From Candidatus Multivoradales bacterium (GTDB lineage Bacteria; Acidobacteriota; Thermoanaerobaculia; Multivoradales; J023), in the NCBI GenBank assembly GCA_965248925.1, contig CBDFLE010000005.1, positions 576,001-640,000 on the forward strand: a DNA stretch of 64,000 nucleotides, read 5' to 3'. Within the stretch, counting starts at the first letter, position 1; every line of letters starts with the position of its first letter. Below, one piece after another: positions 1 to 9,557 of the stretch. The notes under the pieces are model-generated. The model was not told the origin of the DNA. It did no database searches and saw only the letters and a list, made by a program, of their open reading frames with translations. The position numbers were made by a program, and so were the translations under genes.

Positions 1-3000
1 GGACTCAGCGGAGTTGAAAGCCACGCCGATGTTGGGCACCATCGTTCCGTTGTTGTACTGCAGGCTGAGGTCGGTCTGGAAGACCAGCACGAACTCGCGG
101 AATTCACCGACTCCTGGTGCGCCGACGGTCGCTGAAGCATAGGTCTTCTTCAGAGTCTCGGCGATACCTGTTGGTGAGGTGGTGTCGAGCACCAAATCTC
201 GGTCCAGGAAGCGTTTTTGGGTTCGATGATCAAGGCACCTACCGCGCCCTTGTTGGAGTGCAGGATCGGGTCCGAAGAGCTCAGACCGGTCGAGCCATAC
301 TCCACCCCAACCGGCTGGTAGCGACCCTGGCCTGGGCTGTAGGCCACCTCACCGGCATACCATTTGTAGGACACGGTCTGGCCGGGGCTGGCGGTCTGGG
401 TCGGGTTGAGGCCGACGTTGAGTCCGTCACTGTTGGTGACATCGGCGTAGACCAGCTGCGGGTGTAGGCCGACCTCCTCCGAGGGGTGGATGTCGCTCAT
501 GCCGAAGCTGCGCAGCTGGCCGGTTAGAGGATCGATCTCGCGAACGATCTTCGGCAGCTTGCTGGCGCCGTTCTTAAAGTGTAGTAACGGGGTCTGCAGA
601 CGGTTGGTGAGGAAGACCTCGATGCACTCTCCTTCTTGGGCGCGGATGATCAGCGGCTCTTCGTTGATCGTCGGCTTCAGGTTGAAGTTGGCGTCCAGGT
701 CGCTATCGCGAACGAACATGATCGCCGTCCTGTCTTTGAGCTTGCCGTTGTAACCACTGTTGCGGTTGTAGATCAGCGAGCCGCCGCTCAAGGCGTCCTT
801 GGCAGCCACCGCCGAGATCTTGAACGTACGGGTCGCGGCGTTGACCGGACAGGCGCCGTCCCAACCCTGGATCACCGTCTCGGCGGTGACGTTGTTACTG
901 CCCGGCAGATCGAGCAAGCTGCCGGCTTCGGTGCCGTTGCGGTTGTAAACCCGCAGAATGCCCCACAGGCCGTTCCAGAGGTCGTCTACCGAAGAGCCAG
1001 CACGGTAGAGGAAGTCGGCCTGCGGACCGGTGAAACCCTGCGGCAGAATCGGGATCTCGAACTCGAAATGCTCGGAGATACCCATCATCTGCGAGGCCCG
1101 GTAGCCCGAATTTTCGAACGACGGCTCAAAGGGCCAGCGCACGCCGCTGATCGACAGATTGTGTTCCTCCTCGTGTGCACCCACCAGGATCCGGATCTGT
1201 ACCGGGTCACCCTCTTTGACCCGCAGTAGAGGCGTTGCCGGATCTAGCGGCAGGACTCCTGGGGTCAGCTGGGTGGGGTAGTAGGGCATCACGCTGTTGA
1301 GCGCCGGATTGCTGCGGGTGACCTGCGAGGAGAAGGCATATGAGAGGTCGCCAGCCTGGCCCGGAGCCTGCTGTAGGGTGTTGTGCTTCTGTACCCGCAG
1401 GGCGATGGGCTCGTTGCGGTAGTTGACCAACATAGTGCCACTGTCGGCTGCGGAGACCGCTTCCGGACAGGGTGTCGGAACTCCGGCAGGGCATTCCGGC
1501 GGATTGATCGCGTGGTCGTGATCAGGACCGCTATAGCCGAAGCCTTCTTCGTAGGCCTGCTGGAAGTCTCCGAACTCGAGCAAGAACTCGCGGAAAGACT
1601 CCTTGCGGCAAAAATCGTCGGCGTTCGAGGCGATGCCGAGCCCCAGCGGATCGCAGTCGTTGAACTGGGTCTGCTGGATGTTCGCCTGCCAGCTGGTCGG
1701 GCCGCCGTCATAACGGCTACCCATCTGCGTGCCGGTGACTGGATCGAACCACAATGAGCCGCGCCGCTCGACCACCAGGCCGGCGTAGAGGCCGGACTGC
1801 TGATGAGTGGAAGGGCCAAAGTGGTCGTGGGTGAAGACGGTGCGCAAGGTGCGATCCTTGCCGGTCTGGTTGAGCACATCGTCGACGTACCAGCGTTGCG
1901 CACTGACCTGGGCCCCCACCCAATCGTTGTTGGGTCCGGCGCCGAGCACCGGGTGGGTGGTGGGGGTCAAGAGGGTGGTGCCACCGCCGCTGTAGTTGAT
2001 CAGTCCACCGCCCAGGTTGATGGCGGTGATCAGATGGCGAACCTCCTCCGGGCCGAGGTTGCCGTCTTCGTAATTCCAGCCGTTGCCGCTGCCATCCGAG
2101 GAGGTGACATCAAACTTGACCAGATGGATGTGCTGGCCCAACACGTCGGTTGGAGTGCGCACCTGAAAGTCGTCAAGCTCATAGTAGGCCGGCACCAGGT
2201 TGGAATGTTGGAACTCCACACAGTCGCCGGTGTTGGCGCGGAAGAAGAACGGCTCCGGCGGTTTCGTCTGCGACAAGAAGGGACCGATATCGTCCCACAG
2301 TGAGATGAACCGCTGCTGGCCGTAGTGCCAGCCCTCCTTGTTGAAGAAAACATCGGTTTGGATGTTGGCAGCCTGATAGGTCAGGAAGCGGTTCTTGCTC
2401 GGGTCGACAGCGGTACCATTATCGAAGAACAAGGGGTTGCCATTGTCGTCGATGCAGGGATCGGCGTAGGGAGCTCCGGGCTGCGGCGCGGCGCCGTTGT
2501 AAAGGAACTTCACCGGATTCGAGATTGAATCACAGACCCCGTTGGGCAGGCAGGTCGAGTTCAAGCGCACCGAGTGTGCCGCCATCGCGGTCTGCTCGAG
2601 AGGGGTACCGGCTTCAGGTATCGCCAACGCATTCGCCTTGACCAGATCCTTGCTGAAGTCGTAGGGGGTGTGCGATTCGGTGAACACGCTTTTCACTACG
2701 ACGTGGCGCGGTAGGCCGCCGTCCCACAGGGTGTCCAGCGGCGGCCGCGGCACCCGCTCGCCGGCAACGCCCGGGATGTAGAACGGGTAGCCCGGGTTGC
2801 CGTTACCGGCGACGTTCACTTGGCCGTTGACGATCGAGACGTTAGCGCCGGGCAGTGGAGCCAGCGGCTTGGTCGGGGTCGGCACCAAGGCCGGGATGGG
2901 CGTGCCGGCAGCAATCTCACCGTCCGGATAGGCCCGGGAACCGGTGGCGGGGCGGCCGTTGACGTCGAGCTCGGTGCCGAGCTCGAGCACGTCGTGAACC

Positions 3001-4520
3001 CGCCACATCGCCCACATGCCCTGCGCGAAATGGGGGTAGAAGTGGCAGTGGAAGATCGAGTCGCCGACGGTCTTGTTGCGGTTGCCCGAACCGTCGTAGG
3101 CGATCTCATAGGTAAAGCCGGTGCCCTGACCAATCGCCTGGCTATCCAGGTAGGTCGAATTGTCGGCATCCGGGGTGTGCAGCCACTGATGAGCGTGCAA
3201 GTGAAAGATGTGATGATCATCACTGCCGGCCAGCAAGTTACGGAACTTGACATGGTCGCTCATGTAGCTGTGATGAACGTTCGATGGATCGTCCGGGTAG
3301 AACGCCTTGGTGGCTTTCGGACCGGTGATCAGCTGGCCTGACAGGTTGGTCGAGTTGGCCGGAATGTCGACCACCATCGCCGGATCGCCGACCGCCCAGG
3401 CAGAGAGGAAGAACTCCTCGTACTTGCAGCCATCGCATTGGTACATCGGGCCGACCCCCAGCCGATTGGCGAGGATCTCGGCGCCGATGCCGCCGGTGCC
3501 ATAGTTGATGGCGAAAGCGTCGCGGACGCTGTGCAGAGCATGTTCGTAAGCGCCGCCATCGTCGAAGAAGTCGGGAAACGCCTGCTTGGCACCGATCTCA
3601 TCGTGGAAGATGACGGTGAACTCGCGAAAGGGCTCCTGCCGGTCGCGGTACACCTCGACCTCCGGATAACTAGGGCTGATCGCGCCGGCGTTGGGCCCGG
3701 TGATGATCGCATTCAGATCCGAGTGGATAAGCTCATTGCGGTAGCGCATCTTGAGGATCGGCGTGCCGGCGAACGGATGGCCGCTAGGATAGAGCGCGTT
3801 GTAGTTAAAGGTTGGCAGACCATAGATATTGATGCTGCCGAAGTTGGAGGTGACCAGCGTCATGTCCGACTCGGTTATTTGGCTACGGTAGTACTCCGAG
3901 CTCGCCGGCTCGACGTTGACCGCGCCGAACAACCCAGTGGAGATCGAGCCACCCTCACCCTCGCCGGCGACCAGGGCGCCATTGGAATGCAGCAGGTAAG
4001 TGCCTTCCCGCAGGGCAGAAAGTTGGTACGTTGTACTCTGCCCAGGCAGTACCAAGCTGCTGCTGTTGGTGCCGACGTTGGAGCCGTCATCGGAGATGTT
4101 GGACACCAACTCCATGCCGGTGACGTGGATTGACGCAGCTCGCGTGGCCGGTTGTTTGTTGTTGACCTGATTTGGTGCCAGCAGGTTCTCGAACCTGATC
4201 GACAGGCATTCGCCAACATTGACCCGCAACACCAGCGGCCGAGCGCGTTTGTCAGAGCGCAGCGCAACATTGCCGGGAGTCAGCTGGATGCTCCCCGACA
4301 AGGTTGAAACCACGTCGCGGCGGAGGGCAAAGATCTGGCCCTGCGGCTCGTAGGCGCCGAGCCGGTTCCAGAAGAAAGGCTGGTCGAGGGCGACGACATT
4401 AGCCGTCACACAGAGCTGGGCACTGATTTGGGCTTCGGCGGGCACTACCAATAAGAGGAGTCCGGCGCTCGCTGACAGGGTCAGCAGAAGAGCCAGGAGG
4501 CGGATTCTAGAGTTCATCAT
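1..4520 (-). CDS. mnxG: Large exported multicopper oxidase, MnxG (Mn(II) oxidase)-type. The 3' end lies beyond the window and there is a 1-base frameshift near 198.
   Basis: Signal peptide after GAGGA RBS (ATG 4520). Cu motifs are HHIFHLHAHQW, IFHCHFYPHFAQGM (type-1 HCHxxxHxxxxM), GQHIHL and FTHDHFGPSTH. The track ORF stops at 150, but the shifted frame continues ...YASATVGAPGVGEFREFVLVFQ... to base 1, echoing the internal FREF repeats. Confidence 0.8.
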
Positions 4521-4709
4521 TAGGGTCCTCGTTTCAACAGAGGTTGGTGAGTCGGGGGACCCGGAAGTCATTCTTGGCATGAGGGATTCCGGGTCCTCCG
4601 GTTCTTCTTCTGACCGCTGGTCTACGAACTGTGAGCTGCCTGTGCTCTAGGCACCGTGCGCTTTTGGATCGATAGAGCGGCAAGTTAGGCGCAGCGTAGA
4701 AGTACAAAA

Positions 4710-4727
4710 GTTACAGCCAAATGACAA
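4710..4727 (-). promoter_or_regulatory. Putative OmpR/PhoB-type tandem direct-repeat box
   Basis: Minus strand reads TTGTCATTTGG-CTGTAAC, with TGTCA/TGTAA half-sites at an 11-bp period, in the AT-rich gap between the oxidase and the kinase. Confidence 0.4.
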
Positions 4728-4758
4728 CACTAAAAGCAGAGAGTTTCTCTGTTCTGCA

Positions 4759-6614
4759 ATGAGGGTGGAGCTGATGTCAGATCCTCTCCCGTCGGCACCC
4801 ATCGGCCCGTCCGTGCGGCGCTGGTACGGCGTACCTTGGTTACTGCTCGTCCTGGGACTGCTGTCAGTGGCTCTTCTGGTCGGCACACAGCTTTTTCGCG
4901 AGCGACTGATCGACCCTGACGTCAGCCGCGTTGTTGGCCTGCATGAGATCCTCACCCACTTAACGATCGCTCACCTCTGGGTGGAAGAGTTCGTTACCGG
5001 CGATGAGGTGGCGATGGAGCCGGTGTGGCGAAGTCTTGACGATGCCGAAACGGCGATCGCCCAGCTGCTCGGCCACGGTGCGGTAGCTCGCGGCGCCTTG
5101 CCTCCCCTGTCCGAGCCGTCTCTGGTACTCCAGGCGGAGCGCATTCGGGCGTTGGTAGAGCAGTTCGAAGACATGTCGAAGGACCGTCATGAGGGCTACG
5201 AAGTCGGCAAGCCGGTGGGTATCGGCTCGCAGGTAGATGTTGAATACGATCGCGTCTTTGGCGAAGTCGTCCGGGAGACCGAGAGCTTGGAAGTGGCGCT
5301 CAGCGCCCGCATGGCGCGGAGCTACAGCCGATCGCGTCTGCTGTTTCAGCTGATCTTGCTGGCTTGGGTGACGCTGATCGCCCTGGGTTTCGCCGCCTTG
5401 TGGAGTCGTGAGCGGCGCCGCGCGCGGGCCGAGGAAGCCCTGCGGACCAGCCAAGAGCAGTTGCTGCAGGCGCAGAAGATGCATGCCATCGGCCGGCTCG
5501 CTGGTGGCATGGCGCATGACATCAACAACTACCTCGGAGCGATGACCAGCCAATGTGAGGTGGTGCGTCTACAAGTCGGACCAGACCATCCAACATCGGC
5601 CAAGATGGAGGCGGTGATCGCGACCGCCTTCAAGGCTTCGGGCCTGATTCGGCGCCTGCTCGCCTTCAGCCGGCAGCAGCCCACCTTGCCGGAGGTGGTG
5701 GATCTCAACCAAGTTATCGCCGACCTTGATCGGATGATGCAGCGGCTGCTCGGCGAGGACATCGAAATCAGCTTTCGCCTGGCCGCGGATCTGTGGCCGG
5801 TAGAAGTCGATATCTCGCAGCTGGAGCAGGTGATCGTCAACCTGCTGGTCAACGCCCGCGACGCCATGCCCGGGGGGGCACGATCACCATTGGGACCAGC
5901 AACTGCTCGCCAGCGGAGTTCACCCGCCATCAGCCCTCGCGGTCGATCGGCCAGGATGCGGTGCTGATGTCGGTCCGCGACGAAGGCGGTGGCCTGGATC
6001 CGGCGATTCTCGACAAGATTTTCGAGCCTTTTTTCACCACCAAGAGCGTCAGCCACCAAGGCACCGGCCTCGGGCTGTCGACCGCTTACGGCATAGTCGA
6101 GAGCCACGGTGGCCGGATCTGGGCCGAGAACAACCCTGCCGGCGGCGCCAGGATCGCCCTGGTTGTGCCGCGATCGACCAAGAAACTAGCTTCGTTGCCA
6201 CCGGCCGACAAGTTAGCGCGACCGGTTCCCGAGGGGGCGGCCGAGCGCATCTTGCTGATCGAGGACAATCCTGAGCTGCGCCAATCGACCGCGGCGATTC
6301 TCGAAGCTCTGGGCTACCGGGTCGGTATCGCTGAGCATGGTCGCCAGGCGTTGGCGATGTTCGAAGATCATTGGGGCGACGTGGCAATGGTCATCACTGA
6401 TGTAGTGATGCCAGGGATGAGCGGCAAGGAGATCAGTGATCGCTTGCGCGCTCAGCGGCCAGACTTGGGGGTGTTGTTCGTCTCCGGCTACACCGGTGAT
6501 GTGATGTCCCACCATGGCTTCGATAGCGATCAGGAGGCTTTCCTGGAGAAACCTTTTTCTGCGGTGCAGCTGGCCGCCAAGGTGGCCGCGGTACTACGCC
6601 GCCGCGGCGCTTAA
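4759..6614 (+). CDS. Membrane hybrid sensor histidine kinase (2TM sensor-HisKA-HATPase-REC), split by a G7 homopolymer frameshift at 5872-5878
   Basis: ORF 4759-5967 carries the H-box AHDINN and N-box [13 protein letters not shown] 5793-6614 carries [19 protein letters not shown] and the receiver. One extra G restores AMPGGGTITI. Confidence 0.85.
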
Positions 6615-6667
6615 TGCCGGCGATTGAATAGCTGCCTTCCTCGCGGGCTCTTGGCAGTGGGGTGGCG

Positions 6668-7579
6668 CTAGGCCAGCAGCTGCTGGAGTGCGGTGCTGAG
6701 AGAGGCGGCGCTGAAGGGCTTGGCAAGAAAGATGCAGCCAGGAGTTGGCGGCGACCTCGCGGGATCGCTGGACAACAACAGACAACGCAGCGCAGGCCGG
6801 GACCGGCGCAGCTGTTCGAGGAGCCCGGCGGGGATCTCGGACCGTTCGCAGAGCAGCACCTCGGCGGGGCTTTCTTCGTCATAGATCAGCTGTAGCAAGG
6901 CGTCGCAGTCGGCCACCGCCTGGACGTTGTAGCCCAGCGCTCGCAAGAGGTCGGCGGTGGCACGGCGCAGGGTAGGGTCGCTGGCCAGCAGCGGCAGCAG
7001 GGCGACCGATTGTGCTTTCTCTTCGGCCTTCGCGGCGGGATGGGGTAGGCCCAGGCGCACCGTCTGCCGCAGTAGCTTCGAGACTTCGTCGATCGATTCG
7101 ATAGCCTGCGCCAGGCGCCGCTCGATCTCGGCATTGCCGGCGTGTTTGATCTGAGTGATCTCACACTGGCCACGGGCTGCCCCGAGGGCATTGTTGGCGG
7201 CGAGGGCGAACTGGCGCGCCTGGCGTCGACCGCTGCCGTCTGCAAGTCTGATCAAGGTTCTGGATGCACCGTCCGGACCGCTACCGAGAGGCCAAATACT
7301 GACATCGAGAATCCGGCGTTGGCCGTCGCTGTCGAGCAATTCGAGTTCGACGCCGACCTTGGAGAGCAGAGTGCGCAGCAGCTTGGGGTCGGTCAAGCCT
7401 GCTTTGCCGAGGCCGCAGCTGCTAGCCAGGGAGAGTTCCGCGAGTTTCTCAGCGGCTCGGTTTTGCCACTGCACCTCGCAGTCAGCACCGACCAAGAGTA
7501 CGGCCTCGGGTAGGCTGTCAAGCAGCTTGCTGAGATTGCTGGCGGATGCTTCGTACCCACCTCTTCGCTGGTCGAACAC
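6668..7579 (-). CDS. PAS + pseudo-HisKA + pseudo-receiver protein (pseudokinase)
   Basis: PAS-like LLDSLPEAVLLV...NRAAEKL. The segment FALAANNALGAARGQCE matches the neighbouring kinase [17 protein letters not shown] but lacks the His. The C-terminal receiver has KPFS but Glu at the phospho-Asp position. Confidence 0.7.
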   Translation of the reverse strand: MFDQRRGGYEASASNLSKLLDSLPEAVLLVGADCEVQWQNRAAEKLAELSLASSCGLGKAGLTDPKLLRTLLSKVGVELELLDSDGQRRILDVSIWPLGSGPDGASRTLIRLADGSGRRQARQFALAANNALGAARGQCEITQIKHAGNAEIERRLAQAIESIDEVSKLLRQTVRLGLPHPAAKAEEKAQSVALLPLLASDPTLRRATADLLRALGYNVQAVADCDALLQLIYDEESPAEVLLCERSEIPAGLLEQLRRSRPALRCLLLSSDPARSPPTPGCIFLAKPFSAASLSTALQQLLA

Positions 7580-7717
7580 GGAGCGATCATACCTCAGGGG
7601 CGCGGTTTGCCGAGACCGTCATGAACATGTCATCTGTCACGGGACATACTGCACTCGATCTGGGACCGACTGCTGGCTGCCCGAATTTTGGGCATGCAGG
7701 CCGAGAGGGATGTACTG

Positions 7718-8110
7718 ATGGCTGATTTGAGGACCAGATACCACATCTTGCTGGTGGACGATCATGAGAGCTTTCGCGACGCGACTGCCGAGTTGCTGCG
7801 GCTGCTCGGGCATTGGGTGATTGCTGTGGCCTCGCCGCTAGAGGCACTTGGCCTATGCCAAAGGAAGGCGCAGGTCGAGCTGCTGATCACCGACCTCCGG
7901 ATGCCGCAGATCGATGGCCTGGAACTCGCTAGCCGGGTTTCGGCGCTCCGCCCCGAGGTAGCGGTGTTGCTGATTTCGAGCCACGCCCCCAACGCCGAGG
8001 CCCTGAGCCTAGCCGGCGGGTTTCTGCTCAAGCCGTTCTCGGCTGATACGCTGCAGGCGGAGATAGAGCGGCTACTGGCAACTGGTTCGATCAGCAACGT
8101 TCACTCTTGA
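7718..8110 (+). CDS. Single-domain response regulator (CheY-like receiver)
   Basis: ILLVDD, LITDLRMPQIDG, LISS and LLKPFS motifs; GAGGGA RBS before ATG 7718. Confidence 0.85.
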   Translation: MADLRTRYHILLVDDHESFRDATAELLRLLGHWVIAVASPLEALGLCQRKAQVELLITDLRMPQIDGLELASRVSALRPEVAVLLISSHAPNAEALSLAGGFLLKPFSADTLQAEIERLLATGSISNVHS

Positions 8111-8768
8111 GGACATAGCCTTGGCCACGTACGGTATGCAACAACTTGCCTTCACCCTGGCGATCAATCTTGCGTCGCAGCCGGCAAATCGATACGTCGA
8201 CCGCATTCGCCGTCGAAACGAAAGCACTATCCCAGGCACCGTCCTCGATCTGCTGCCGGCTCAGCACCTGGTCATGGTTCTCCATCAGGTAACAGAGCAA
8301 CGTCAGCTCACGGCGCGAGAGCTGGATGGCCCGGCCAGCCAGGCGCACTTTACCGCTCTTTGGTGCGAGTTCCAGGTCGGCGGCTCGCAGACAGTAGGCG
8401 GTGGCTCTTTCGCGGCGGCGCAACAGGCTGCGCACTCGAGCGAGCAGCTCGGCGAAGGAAAAGGGTTTGACGAGATAGTCGTCAGCGCCAGTGTCGAGAC
8501 CACTGGCGCGTTCTGCAATGGAGTCGCGCCCGGTCAGCATGAGCACTGGCACCCGGCTGCCGGCGGCGCGCCAGGTGGACAGCAGCTCGATGCCGGTGGG
8601 CGGTGGGATCGACCAGTCGAGCACCACCAAGTCGTAGTCGCTGACCGCCATCAATTCGTCGGCATAGCCGCCGGATTCGGCAAGATCGACGGCATACAGA
8701 GCCTCACGCAGGGTATCGCAGATCAACTCCGACATCCGACGATCATCTTCGACGACGAGGATTAACAT
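8091..8768 (-). CDS. OmpR-family DNA-binding response regulator (paralogue A)
   Basis: LVVEDD, LVVLD and GADDYLVKPF motifs; winged helix NAVDVSICRLRRKID...HTVRGQGY. Confidence 0.9.
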   Translation of the reverse strand: MLILVVEDDRRMSELICDTLREALYAVDLAESGGYADELMAVSDYDLVVLDWSIPPPTGIELLSTWRAAGSRVPVLMLTGRDSIAERASGLDTGADDYLVKPFSFAELLARVRSLLRRRERATAYCLRAADLELAPKSGKVRLAGRAIQLSRRELTLLCYLMENHDQVLSRQQIEDGAWDSAFVSTANAVDVSICRLRRKIDRQGEGKLLHTVRGQGYVLKSERC

Positions 8769-8882
8769 GGCGGTTTATCCTATCGCTCTCCGCACTCAAG
8801 CGGAAATCGCGGCTGCCGAAGCTCTGCCACTGCATAACAGGCCCATGCGTCGTAGGCTGTATCACCAGCCGGAGGACAAGCG

Positions 8883-9557
8883 ATGAGACTCTTGGTGGTG
8901 GAAGATGAGCGCGATCTGGCCCAGGTGCTGGTCGAAGCGCTCGAAGAAGAAAGCTATGCCGTGGATCTGGCGCTTACCGGCGAGCAGGCTGACGAACTGT
9001 TCGAGGTCAATGACTACGACCTAGTGGTGCTCGATTGGTCGATCCCACCGCCCACCGGCATCGAGCTGCTAGCCACTTGGCGCGCCGCCGGCCACCAACT
9101 GCCGGTGCTGATGCTGACCGGTCGGCGAGAGATTGAGGACCGAGTCGGCGGTCTCGATAGCGGTGCCGACGACTATTTGACCAAGCCGTTCTCTCTGGTC
9201 GAGCTGCTGGCCCGGGTGCGCAGCCTGATGCGCCGGCGTGACAAGAGCCTGGTGTGTCTGCAAGCTGCGGATCTGACCCTCGATCGGGCAGCCCACACCG
9301 CCCACTTAGGTGGCGTCTTGCTCGATCTAGCACCGAAGGAGTTCGGCTGCTTGGAGTATCTCTTGACCCATCATGACGAGGTGGTGTCGCGAACCACTCT
9401 GGCGGAACATGTGTGGGATGATTCGTTCGATGCGATGAGCAACGTTATCGACGTGATTATCTATCGCCTGCGAAAGAAAATCGATAGTGGCACTGAGCGT
9501 AGGCTGCTGCATACGGTTAAGGGTGTTGGTTACCTATTGAAGAGTGAGCGCGGGTGA
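8883..9557 (+). CDS. OmpR-family DNA-binding response regulator (paralogue B, CusR/CzcR-like)
   Basis: MRLLVVEDE, GADDYLTKPF and HVWDDSFDAMSNVIDVIIYRLRKKID...HTVKGVGY; GGAGGA RBS. Confidence 0.92.
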   Translation: MRLLVVEDERDLAQVLVEALEEESYAVDLALTGEQADELFEVNDYDLVVLDWSIPPPTGIELLATWRAAGHQLPVLMLTGRREIEDRVGGLDSGADDYLTKPFSLVELLARVRSLMRRRDKSLVCLQAADLTLDRAAHTAHLGGVLLDLAPKEFGCLEYLLTHHDEVVSRTTLAEHVWDDSFDAMSNVIDVIIYRLRKKIDSGTERRLLHTVKGVGYLLKSERG

